Under the pieces are notes generated by a model. That model worked only from the letters and a program-made list of their open reading frames with translations, made no database searches and was not told the origin of the DNA. The position numbers and the translations under genes are program-made. A stretch of 64,000 bases of DNA from Lingula anatina (taxonomy: Eukaryota; Animalia; Brachiopoda): the NCBI GenBank assembly GCA_051362555.1, contig CM120647.1, positions 18,266,651 through 18,330,650 on the forward strand, written 5' to 3'. Shown here in pieces: positions 40,131-53,447 of this stretch (position 1 is the stretch's first letter; every line of letters starts with the position of its first letter).

Positions 40131-40468
40131 AGTGATAATAACTCTTCGTTTCGGCCAAAAAATGAATTTTCCTGGAGTAAACAACAATTTTCCCATACTT
40201 ACCAATGGTTAATGAATCCATTTTTACATTCAAAGTTAGTCCCTGTTTTTTTTTCTAAAAAGTTTGGTTTTTTGTTAAAATCTCTTAAGAGATTATAACA
40301 GAGTATAGCCATCAATGGAGGTCACGTGGTCTAAAGACAAGCTCAGATATCAGAATAATAGCTATAACAGCCGTTTTTGTGGGAAAACAGAATATATTAT
40401 ATTTTTATGAGTCACTCACAATGTTTTTATTGTGAAATACAGATTTCATACGAAGAGTTATTATCCCT
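40131..40468 (-). mobile_element. Kolobok/T2-type MITE (family D), full length, TTAA TSD
   Basis: TTAA|AGTGATAATAACTCTTCGT ... ACGAAGAGTTATTATCCCT|TTAA; AG..CT termini. Confidence 0.9.
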
Positions 40469-41411
40469 TTAATGTAAGAAGTTGCTAAGTAAGTTTTTGA
40501 CCAAGTGAAAGTTGTCTCTGTAATTTGTAAATTTCACTAAAAATCATATAACAATTTAAAATTTATTTATTTATTGTACAGCCAAGAGTGTCTGGACACA
40601 TTATCGTTACCCGAGTTTATTTTTCTATGCCCATTTCTTTGACGTGTGCAGCACGTTTTTCGTAAATAATCAGCTAATGTGTCCTTTACAAGCGTAGCTA
40701 CTCATCTAATGTTCTCAAATGAAAAAAAAAAAAAAACTTAGAAGGGTACTTTTTCTATCCTTGCATAAAAGGTGTTGTTTATCTCGTTTTAAATTAAGTT
40801 TGAACAAAGGGAAAACATGAAGTCTGCGTGTGTCATTTGAAAAAGAGGTGAGTGTGATGACTTAGGCGAATGTGTCATGTCGATAATGCTTATTTGTTAA
40901 CTTGCTGATGCATTTTTGACGGTGTTACACTGATACATTCCAAGAAATACGACCAGTTTCATCTGGGAAGCAATTAGACCCTGTATATTATGGGGTTAAC
41001 TCAAATATCCACTTTACAGATTCAACTCGAATTGATTTTCGTCTTTTGTTAATAGGTTCCCATTTGATTACATGTGGATGGTGCTGTTCCTGTAAATTGC
41101 CACCAGTTTCGGTAATCCGAAACTCCATTCTGCTAAGTGCACGTCAAACCAAGTGTTACTAATCTCAAATATTGTTAGTGATACATAATTCTTGGGGGAT
41201 CAGGTGGAAGGCAGCTGACTGTCATTTTAAGAGAAAAATTGGGGGAAAGCAAAATATCTACAGAGGAGGGAATTGAACTTCGGTTTTTGGGCGTTTCAGC
41301 CGGCATTGTACTGTTAAATTATTTTTTATGGTAATTTTTAATTGTTTTGCATCGGGTGCACTTTTTAATTAACACCGCGTTTTCTTAGCATATTTGGAGA
41401 CCCACGTGGAC

Positions 41412-42238
41412 ATGATTGACAAATATTCTGAATTCTGGAGAGGTAAGGGAAGATTGAAGGTTAATATCTTTTTAAAATTATATGTAATTAAACTAGTGGG
41501 AACTTTTTCAAGTTAACGATTAAAAAATACGACGGAAATGTGCTTTGTGTTAACGCTTAAATCTGGTCTCAGTCCAGCGTTGAATCCGGTAAACAGTTCG
41601 ATCTTAGAGTAGGGGAAGAAGGATTATAATGATTTTTTTTTAGAAATGTGCATCAGCAAATTAGAAAATTATTAAAATATCTCATCTTACAGACGAAACC
41701 CCTTATGTGGTTTACATAAGCGATACTTCTTGTCTTACATTTAATTTTGTCTAAAACACCAGATTTATTGTATTTTATATAAGGTAACATTAGGTAATAT
41801 GTGTTATATATTTCATAATCACCGGTCTATAAACGAAAGATGAGCAATATGAAGATACTGATCCGAGCTACGAAACTCTGAGAGAAGGAGACCATTCTCG
41901 TTATTCCTCACAGATCTATCCTCTGGCAAAAGGTATATTATTAATAAATTCATATATACATTCCTACATATGATAATAATAATAATAATAATTATTATTA
42001 TTATTATTATTTTTGCATCGAAAAGTTTCATTGTGCACTTTAATGTGTTGCAGTTTGTTTGTTTTTTTTTTTTTTTTTAATTTTTAAATCTTAAACGTGC
42101 TCCTCATTTCAAGGTATTATCAAGAGATCTACATAAAAGATCACATGTAAACTTCAGACATCGTTAAATAATTGGATTATCAGTATAACAAGTAGATAAA
42201 AAGAAGGTCTTTATACATGAGCTTTCATTTGTCTCCCA

Positions 42239-42284
<46 letters not shown>

Positions 42285-43267
42285 TTTGTGTGTGTGTGTG
42301 TGTGTGTGTGTGTTAGCTCAAGCGTATGAATATTGCCAAACTTGAATCTTTGCGTAACTCAAACCAATTTTTCAGTCTGCAATGTATTGAGATGGGGAAA
42401 AATTCTGTACTCCGGTGTGACAGAGAGCCCCCTATGACCCCCATGATAGAGTCTGCTTTCCATTCATTTGTACATGTACATGTTAGCCTGGCCCTAGATT
42501 TTGGCCCACTTAGGTCAGGCTATATGCCCTGAGTGTCATGGCCTCTTTTAAGCTAGCTTGCTCACTATGCCTTTCATACGGAAGTTTTTACAGTGCTTCA
42601 GTATTGCTGATATGGGTTATATATGAAATCAAGATCGAGCCGGTGTACCATGAAAATCTGACTCCCCTAAAATGTGACTTCCCAGTCAGATTTTCATTAA
42701 TGATTATGAAAATGTGACTCCCCAGTCAGATTTTCATAATGAAAATGTGACTCCCCCTATGAAATTTTGAATCCCCCCCCCCCCAAAAAAAACATTCATA
42801 AATCTCATTTAATTTGAGTTGATGGACATGTTCTTGTAATATGTATAATGGAGGACACATTGGCACTTTTTGTTAGTTCACAGGTAAAACTTTTCATGAA
42901 AAAATAAAAGTTAAAGATTTGTATTTTACCACCCAAGGACTCCCCTATGAAAATGCTATTTATTTGACATTTGATAACCATTTCAAAATCTTTCCTTTTA
43001 GGATACTTTATGAAGTTTATATTGAAGTACTTGAAAGTTTGATAGTAAAAAATTGGGTGAAAAAAATAAAAAAGCTATTTATTTGATATTTGATGATCAT
43101 TCTGACATCTTTTCTTTGAGGATACTTTTTGAAGAATATATTGAAAGTATTTGAAAGTTTGATGGTAAAAAATTGGGTGAAGTGATCATCAAATATTAAA
43201 TAGATGGCTTTTTCATAGGGGAGTTATTGGGTGATAAAATGCACATTTTTAATTTTCTCTTTTTTAT

Positions 43268-43314
<47 letters not shown>

Positions 43315-46300
43315 TTGCTTTTCACCCAATATTTTACCATCAAACTTTCAAATATTTCCAATATAATCCTCATAAGGTAAATTTAAGGGAAAGATGTAGA
43401 AATGATCATCCAATATCAAATAATTAGCTTTTTCATAAGGGAGACAATGGGCGGTTAAGTGCACATTTTTTTAATTTTCTTATTTTTTCATGAAAAATTT
43501 CACCTGCAAACTAAAAAAAAGTGCCAATGTATCCTCCATTTTACATACTACAAGATCACAGTCATATACTCAAATGAAAGAAGATTTATGAAGTTTTGTG
43601 GAGGGGGAGTCAGATTTTCATGTTACACCGGCAATACTGAAATCGAGAACCTAGGGTATCGGGCTAATGCAATAACCTTGCGCGCGTTATACGTCACAGG
43701 TCTTGCGTAACTACCCACGTGCTACGATTTTTCCCTCGGGGGGCAGCAAGCGGCCATTTTGTACACGAGCAAAGCATAGATGGGTGAAAACGATACGTTG
43801 TTTTTTACCAAAAACGATGTCCCCAGGGCGAAACTGCCAACACCAAAAGTAAAGGAGTATACCAACGTTGTTTTGAAACGATGTGGTTAGCCTGTCAGTG
43901 GCGAGTTGGGGAGAAAAGAGCAGCACTGATAACAAGGTACTGTATACACGTGAACCGGCAAAGTTACTGATAATTTCATGTTGCAAAAGCATAATTAAAT
44001 CAGTAAGTTATTTTCCAAAGGATATTATTTGAATAGCAGATACATAAATCAAACTAACAACAATAAAAATTTTTGATGACATTGAAAATCAAAACCTGCG
44101 GTGCACGATAGGTTGAGGAGGACACTGCCACAGCAAGTAATGCATGAATTTTGTTACACAACACCATATGCTTGTGTCATTGTTAACTCTGTGATATTAT
44201 TACTCAATTTACTGCTCAAATTAATACCTGATACTATTTCTCAGGCTACCAAGTACAAATCAACTTATTTTGTGGCAATTGACCTCCATGTTCCATCTTG
44301 TGTGCAGGTTGTTTATTTTTGTTATCATTATTATTATTATTTTTTCAAACACATTTTGATAAAGTGGCTATGCTTTAACAAGAGAAATTTATGCTGAAGT
44401 TTAAAAGATTAAATTATCAGTAGTATGTACAATTAAAGCTATTAATTTGATTATGCATATTTGATTTTCAATTATCTTGATTATGATATGAGGTTTCTGC
44501 ATTTTTCTCTTGCCCTCAAATCAATATCTAACAAGTAAATTGATAGTGCTTTATTACAAATTTGCTTTATACTTTCAGATGTAAAAACTGTGTAGCAGTT
44601 GGTAAAGCTGTAGAGATTGATGTGAGCATAGATCAGGGGAAATGGTATTAGAGAAACTAGGAGGACAAGACATAGATAATGTACTAGTAGATCCATCATC
44701 ACAGCAAGGATAGATGGTGTGATCTTGTCCCTGAAGCTATGCCACAAGTTTTCAAACTGGTTGAGTCCTTACTAAGACAAGCTGCTGCGGTGTGAATCGT
44801 TGTACATTCAGGTTATACATGGCAGATTTATGACAAAAGAGACCTTCACAATATACTTCAAAGAAGTTATTCTTGCATCTATGCCTCAAAAGTACACAGT
44901 TACAGTGACTAGAACATTGTCTGCAAATAGTGAGGCAGTGAAGGCTGCAAGGTGCCATTGTTTTTCAGTATTAAGAATGACAGTATCTGTTTTTTATTTG
45001 TTTATTTTTATTTTTCATTTTTAATGGGAGGGAGACTCACTTTGTTCTTTCAATCCCCATTCAGTTAAGGGTTGGTGGCAATATATGGTAAATCTGTCAT
45101 GCCTGTATGTAGAATTTCTCTGGCTCAAATTTCTACATTTATTGGGTGCATTATGAAGTTTCCTGACTGATTAATGAGGTTACTTGCAGAAATATCTTGC
45201 TTACACACATTTTGTGATATTTTTACTACTTTATACATATGATTATTCACATCTCATCAGTGGTGTGTGAAAGGTACTTGGTATTTGCATTTTAGAACTG
45301 TAGATCTGTGTACCAGCAGGGTTATATTTCATATATCTGCGAATGTTTCTAAAAATAAGCTTCATGTTTGATAATTAATTGGTTTGAAATAAATAAATAA
45401 ATAACCAAAATAAAATCAATTCATTTTATATTTCACATAATTTGTTTTTATTATTCTTCTAAGCATTTAATCATAACATCTCCCATCATTATACTGTTAT
45501 TGTGTAATAACATTGAAAGTTTCCAAGTTTTTATTAACAGGTTGATGCTAACGTATTACAAATGAACATAACTTCATAAGCATTAAAGCATATTTCCTTA
45601 CTCAAATGTATCAAACGTACCACTGGCATAATAGCGGTAAAGATACATGTAAAGATGACAGCACTGATAACTGAGTTTACAGCGCTTTTAGTGCAGCTTG
45701 GCTAGTGTCAGATTGTTATCTGATAAAGTTTGCTACTAGTGCCTGGGAAGAAAAGGTCTGGCACTTGGCAATCAAGTTGATAAAATCACAAAACGCCTGT
45801 AGAAAATAGAGCATACCTGTCCAACATCGATTTGTTCAGATTCTTAACTAAGGGGTGCGTTACTGGTGTCAAGGGCAAAGACTTGAACTTTGGGGTTTGG
45901 CATGTCACTGGACATTCCTCTCGATTTCTGCCCAAATCTAATAAAGCATCAGTTGCTTAACTTTCGCCAAATTTCCAATATCTACAGGTTGTGTTGTTTA
46001 ATGCTTGGGGTCTCTTCTTTGGTGGCGGTTAATTGGGGACACCTGTGCGGCCTGTCAACGCACCAAGATTCACTTTTGCCGTTGCCACATTTTCAATTGC
46101 CGTAAATATCAAATTCATGAATAGAATGAGGAAAAATGACAGTTATGAAAAAATGTTTGGAAGTACCTGTCACCTTCGCAACAGTAACCATATGGGCTGT
46201 GCTGCCCCCCCCCCACCACAGGCGACACCTTGCGGAGCAAGCGTGCGTAATCCAGGGTGCAACTGAAAATAACCTTGTCGCGCGACCTTATTATAACGTT

Positions 46301-49300
46301 AAACTAAATGGAGGTCGGGCTTTCTGTTACATGAACCCTCAGTTTCGTTACTCCTGCATAAAAAATTATCTTCATGCATTGTGTAATTAAAACGTGCGTA
46401 TTGCATTCACGATTTCAGATGGGAAAAAATATATAAATCGACCTTTGCCGGCCGTTCCCCCAATCAGAGATAACGATACAACAAGCCAGAATTCTGATAA
46501 ATATTATGAAAAAACTGACCGACGAAAACGTCGCATTGTGCCTCTGGTCGGCATAGGACTTGTCGTATGTTTGGCGTCGGTTGCTGGGGTCTTAAGCCTG
46601 GTAATACTATGTACGTATATATGTATACTTTGTAGCTTATTCATATAAAACATCAGCGATATATGTTAAGGTCGTAGGGCCCATAATTCCTAATGAAACT
46701 TGTTCTACAAAGATCGGTCCAACTCCTCGAGGACTGTCGCTGAATGCAATCAGATAAACAGATTAACAAGCCTCCTCCCGGCGTTGGGTATGATACAAAC
46801 AAACTGGGGCACACGATTGCATTGAGCAAGAAGTGTGATTTTTTATTCTGATCGTATTTGGCAAGGTTCCCCGCGGAGTTGTAAATGTAGGCCTACTTTT
46901 AATTAGGAATCAAATGTGTCAGGAAATATAATCATTTTTTTCACCGTTTTTATTTATTTTTGCTCCCATTCGTTATTACAAATTTTAAATTAAGAATATT
47001 AAGGCCACACTTTTTTATTTTTATGGATGACATCCTCTGGGTACCCCAAAATCGGTGCGAGAGGGCGAAAGGTTATTTCATGCATTTAGTTGGTATAGCT
47101 ATTATACTGATTTTATTTATGCGTGATTGTTAAAAAAAGAATGTAAAGTTAATAATTATAGAAAGCAAAAACAAACAGTAAAGATTTTATTTATCAGCCT
47201 GTATACCAGCTTAGCGGAAGCCACAACAACAACCATTCTGCTCCGGTGAAAGACAGGAACGGTAACACTCTGTCCACAGAGCGCGAGCAAGCAGCACGGT
47301 GGGTTCAGCACTTCAGGGAGGTCCTTAACCACCCTGACCCCAGTGAACCAGCTAATCTCACACCCACAGATGGTATCCTGGACATCAACACAGATCCGCC
47401 CACCAGGGAGGAAGTCAGGAATGCTATCATTGCTATGAAAAACGGCAAAGCTTCTGGCATTGACAACATCCATGCAGAAATGCTGAAAGCTGATGTTGGC
47501 ATGGCCACAAACTTGCTGACTGACCTCTTCAGTACCATCTGGGAGAAGGACATGATACCAGACGATTGGACAAAGGGTCTCATTGTAAAGCTCCCCAAGA
47601 AAGGCAACCTCCATGAATGTGACAACTGGCGTGGGATCACTCTCCTATCCATCCCCAGCAAGATCTTCTGTCGAGTTCTGCTGAAGCGTATTGACCGAGC
47701 CATTGACTCCAGACTCAGAGAGGAGCAAGCAGGTTTCCGGAAAGGCAGGGGATGCATTGACCAGATCTTCGCCCTGGGCAACATCATCGAGCAGTGCCTG
47801 GAGTGGAACACACCTCTTTACATCAACTTTGTCGACTTCAAGAAAGCCTTTGACAGTGTGCACCGGGAGACATTGTGGAAAATACTGCTGTCATATGGTG
47901 TACCACCTAAGATTACCACTCTAATCAGCGTGTTTTACAACCACTTCCAATGTAGTGTTATCTTGGACAATACCCTGACGGAGTGGTTCCCAGTGGATTC
48001 AGGTGTACGTCAAGGCTGTATCTTGTCCCCAATTCTCTTCCTTGTAACCATCGACTGGGTCATGAGAAAAACAACATCCGACAAACCCAGAGGCATCCAA
48101 TGGACTCTTCTATCCCAGCTAGAAGACCTTGACTTTGCTGATGACCTTGCCCTCCTGTCCTCCAAACACAGCCATCTCCAGGAGAAGACTGACCGTCTGA
48201 GTAGCTTTGCTGCACAAGCGGGACTTGCCATCAGCACCACCAAAACCCAGGTCATGTGCATTAACAACAGTACGACAGCACCTATCACCGTCAGTGGGAA
48301 ACCACTTGAGTCTGTCGATGACTTCACATATCTGGGCAGTCTAATCAGCAAAGACAACGGGGCTCAGAAGGACATCAGGGCAAGACTTGGCAAGGCCCAG
48401 AGTTCATTCGCTAGACTCCGCACAATCTGGAAGTCAGAGCAGTACAGCTTACACAGCAAAGTCCATCTTTACAACAGCAATGTGAAGTCTGTTCTGCTCT
48501 ACGGGTCTGAATGTTGGAGAGTTACAAAGTCTGACATGAGCAGAGTAGAGTCCTTCCATAACAGGTGTCTCCGCAGGATCTGCCGCATATTCTGGCCAAA
48601 TAAGATCTCCAATCATGACCTGTACATACTGACAGGGAGCCAGAGTATTGTAGGGCAGATCAAGCGACGGCGATTTAAATGGCTCGGCCATGTACTTAGG
48701 ATGGACGAGGACAGAGTACCAAAGGTAGCTCTGAGATGGACACCACCCGGAAAAAGAAAGAGAGGAAGGCCCAAGACCACCTGGCGCCGAACAATGATGG
48801 CAGAGCTGAGGGAGGGGGACCTTACATGGGGACAGGCCCAGCACGTAGCCAGAGACAGGGCCAAGTGGAAAGAAGTGACTGTGGCCTTATGTCCCACGCG
48901 GGACGAAGAGCAATGATGATGATGATGATACCTTGCGGATGGAGAATTTAACATGATTGAGTTCTCAGGTGTGTGGGTGATATAGTTTATAGATATTGCT
49001 CAGGATTTAAGTATCAGGTAATCATCAAACCAGAGTATTGCTTTGATGAATCCTGCAATGGAAATAATTTGATCAGTGATATCTATAATTATAGAAATAG
49101 ATCAGTTTACTATACGCACCAAAGAAAGTTAGAAAGAGGCAACTTCTGGAGGTACAGAGAGTAAGCTGCTTGAAGTTATACATTTGGCACCTTTAAAAGG
49201 AAATTTGGAAATAGAATTTATATAAGACACATCACGTGAAAATCGGTGTTTGGCTATCGTTTGGGCGTGGTAGTCAAAAGGGTATAAATAGAGACCACTG

Positions 49301-51278
49301 GCTCTCTTTTAACACTTACTTACACTTACCTTCTTACTTACTGACTTACTGACTTACTATTTACTTATTTGCTACAGTTCTTCGTGGGACTAAAGTATCG
49401 TCGGCTACAGTGATCTCCAGGCTGCTTATTTTCGCATAGCTACTTTCTAGGCAGTTGCTACTAGCTTGGAGTATATTTATCAATAATTTTACTCACGGAA
49501 TAAATACTTTACTGGAAAAGCAGTGACTTGTCCTTACTTAATTATCACCGGGACAGAGAGATTAATAACGGGAATAGACCCCCACGCACATATACAACAA
49601 ACTCGGTTGATATAGCAATCAATAAAACAAATATCAATCACACAGTGTGTCTTTATTTGTATTCTCAGAATATTAAAGCATTTTGAACACTTCACAGAAA
49701 TGTTTAAAAAATGATGCAAAGATATGCTTAATACTACCAAATCTATTAAAGGACATTTCGGACGATGCCATTTTGTCTACTTCAACTCACACGAAGCAGC
49801 CAAACTGTCAGGTGGCCTGTCCGACCTTCAGCCCACCAAACAGGGGCGTAACCAGGCATACGCACGGATGCACTGTGCGTACAATTTTTTGAGCCAACCA
49901 TGATATTATTCTCCATTAATTCAGTGTATTTTTCAAGGAATATAATCGTACCTGGGAATTTTCTAAATCTGTGCGTACAATTTTTAAAGGTCTGGTTACG
50001 CCCCTGCCAAATACCTCGACGCCCTTGTCGACCCTTTTTTCGCTACAGAAAACCTAGTATTAATGTGCTGCTTTGTACAGAATGTCACAGAAATTTTTCG
50101 GGCGATAATTGCTGGCCGCCGCCAGCCTTTCGCACAATTGTAAAAAGGTGATATCTCCATGCCCAATATCAATTGCATACCAATCCAAAACGACGGCGCC
50201 CGTTCTCTTTATGACTTTTATTGTTGTGTAATTTGAAAGTAATCCTAGAGATGAATTTGACGGCAAAGCGGCCGCATTTCCACGTGGCGATAATACGCAT
50301 GCGCAGAAAGCTCATTTCCTGGCAAATTCAATAACGACGTTTGCGACAACCGACTTCGTTGGGGGCTGGGGGGGGGGGGAATTTTTTTATTTATTTATTA
50401 TTTATTTATTTTTTTTTTTTTTTTTGGAGAACGGGCGAAAATCGGTGCGCGCGCAGGATGTCATCCATAAAAATAAAAAAGTGTGGTCTAATAGATAATA
50501 AAACAATTTTATAATATGCTAATTTATCAATGTAGATACATTTGCATACATTAAAAAATAAGTACACAATTAAACTGCACATAATCCTTGTTTGAAATAT
50601 TTACAACACCTATTAATTTTATCCGATTTCATACAAAACACCGTAGAAAATTCTGTCGCCTTCCTTTCTTAATTATACCTCTGCACAGACACAAAGTAAA
50701 TTGAATTCAGTGATCTCACAGTCGTCAATGTCGATTTTGTTAAAGCAAACGCAGCGACCCCTATTGAGAAGACTACTGATGTTGACGTTACCACGGCAAC
50801 GACACTTGACGTCACTGCAGCAGCCTCCACTGAAGGTTCATTATCAATAACAGTTTTTTAATTCTTTTTGTTCACTTTATTAAAGGTGAACAATAACTGA
50901 TACCCCCTTTACACTGGACGGCGTCATTTCTGCGTCCTGTCTGCGACCATGAAATTTGGCATCGCTGTGGTCTTAATAAGGAGGCACGAGCATTGATTTT
51001 GTATCAGAATGAATGCTCAATGATCGGCCAGTTGTCGGCACGTATTTAAGTATTATAATTTTTTAACTCTCAAATGGGGCCGTACTGCTGGACGCAGAAA
51101 GGACGCCGTCCAGTGTAAAGGGCCTTGAGTGCTGTAACTGGTTGTTGTTGGCTAAAAGATGAATTCATTATATATATTTTATATGCAACTTGCATATGTT
51201 TATTGACAGTGCGTGGCCATGCTTCAATAAATTATATTTGCAAGAATAGGGGCCTACTTACAAAAAATTTCACCCTTG

Positions 51279-51356
<78 letters not shown>

Positions 51357-53389
51357 CTTTTAAATATTTCAATAAGAACAACAATGACAATAACAATTTT
51401 ATCAACAGTATCTACCACTGAACTTACCACTGAACCTAGCACTGAACCTACTACTGAACCTACCACTGAACCTACCACTGAACTTACCACTGAACCTAGC
51501 ACTGAAGCTGGAACAACAGAGGGATCTACGACCTTTCAGCCTACTACAGAAGGTATAAATTTCCGTAATTCAGAAAAACAATAAAAACACTTTGCTGTGA
51601 GGGAAGGATGTGCCTTTATCTTGTGTATGTGTTACTTATAGTGCAAGCAGTATGTTTTCTTTGCAGTTTAGAGTTGAAAAAGTTCAATGAAGCATTGCAG
51701 TCTTTTTTTTATTTCTACTTATTAAAAAAAATTGAAAATAGTAAAAAATAAAGGGTAACAATATTTTTCGTATTTTTATATCTTTACACGATAAAAGAAG
51801 AATCTTGTGGAATGGACACCATTTTAATGAACAATACGTACTTTGCCGCCGGACAAGTACTTGAGAGTAGGCCTTCTAAAGTGACCAGTGAAGCAGTTTG
51901 TCGTCGTTTCTGTGTTACCAACCCCTATTGTGCCATAGGGACTTTTAATAAGAGGACAAATCTGTGCTACCTCTCATCGCAACAAATCAGAAACACAAGT
52001 ATCAGTTTACGTGAGCCTAATTTCAAATATTTACTAAAGGCGGTAGCACGTGACGTCATCCTCAGCTTCTTGGCTCGGTTGGCCGGCAAAAAGCTGGGGC
52101 TCGTTGACTATAGAAATAAGTTACATGCAATCCAATTGAAAATATTAAGTTGGAATTTCGCCAATATTTCATGGCGCTGTGCCACACAATCAATGTCAAC
52201 TCGTTCAATAACATCAGGAAGGATACAATTTATGCATAGCCAATACTCTTAGGCTGTAGCCTACTCCCAGAGCTTTTAGATCGATCTATCCCCGCGGGGA
52301 GTCTCACTAGATTATTGTCAGATAATCCGGCTTAAATGTCCGTCCCGCCTACTACAAGCTATAAGGGGGTAATTAACTTTCGTGTCCGCTCGGCTGACAG
52401 CTATTTAGCGTGAACCCCAGGGAGTTAGGTCGATCTAAAGTAGATCGATCTAATCTCTGGAAATGGGGTCTTACACGTCGGCTGTTGCGTATCTGTATAG
52501 TTGCAAATGAAATGTTTAGGCCTTTATGACATGTAAAGAGATGGGATTGCCAGCTAAAACACTGGGAATTTCTCCTTTTCTTCGCTACACTGCATCTTGG
52601 ACATAATAACGAATTATGCCCAAGACTGCATGAACACCCGACACCTAGGGCTTCATTCACATGCAATGTCTATTTTCTAAATTCTATTTTCTATTCGCGG
52701 TATGTCTTATGATCGCGGTCTGTGCCCTGGCGTAATTACTGGCAGCGCGAGCCAGTTACTATAAGTTACTATAAGTAACTGGCTCGCGCTGCCAGTAATT
52801 ACGCGGCGGGATATTCAGGGCACAGACCGTGATCATAAGATAGCGCGAATAGAAAATAGATTTTTAGAAAATAGACATTCCATGTGAACGAAGCCTAGGT
52901 GTTACCGAGTCCGAAAACAGCCAGAAGTGACGCACGTGCTACCCACACCTGCCCCTTAAAGGGATAATAACTCTTCGTATGAAATCTGTATTTCACAATA
53001 AAAACATTGTGAGTGACTCATAAAAATATAATATATTCTGTTTTCCCACAAAAACGGCTGTTATAGCTATTATTCTGATATCTGAGCTTGTCTTTTGACC
53101 ACGTGACCTCCATTGATGGCCATACTATGTTAAAATCTCTTAAGAGATTTTAACAAAAAACCAAACTTTTTAGAAAAAAACCAGGGACTAACTTTGAATG
53201 TAAAAATGGATTCATTAACCATTGGTAAGTATGGGAAAATTGTTGTTTACTCCAGGAAAATTCATTTTTTGGCCGAAACGAAGAGTTATTATCACTTTAA
53301 GCTAAATGTTACTAGTACCGGTAGATTTATAAGTGGCGGTCCGCAAAAGTTCCAGAGTCGTACGATATTGTGGGAAAATAGAATTGCTG

Positions 53390-53447
<58 letters not shown>

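Larger units (their letters stand above)
47003..50488. mobile_element. Non-autonomous DNA transposon, 34-bp TIR, TAA TSD (Zator or PIF/Harbinger type), hosting nested insertions
   Basis: GGCCACACTTTTTTATTTTTATGGATGACATCCT / AGGATGTCATCCATAAAAATAAAAAAGTGTGGTC; TAA at 47000-47002 and 50489-50491. Confidence 0.85.

Noticed and set aside
40854-40908. Box C (GTGATGA) ... box D (CTGA) pair; similar motifs at ~21844, ~59874 and ~62451
   Set aside because: Too short, or lacking a terminal stem, D box or recognisable rRNA guide; expected by chance.
41255-41315. tRNA-like B-box (GTTCAATTCC) on the minus strand
   Set aside because: No cloverleaf or A-box can be built; at most a decayed SINE head.
47156-48954. 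Several antisense and alternate-frame ORFs
   Set aside because: Shadows of the GC-richer RT coding sequence.
48970-49600. Solo LTR
   Set aside because: TATA and AATAAA are present, but no matching TSD or unambiguous TG..CA boundaries were found, so it is not listed as a feature.
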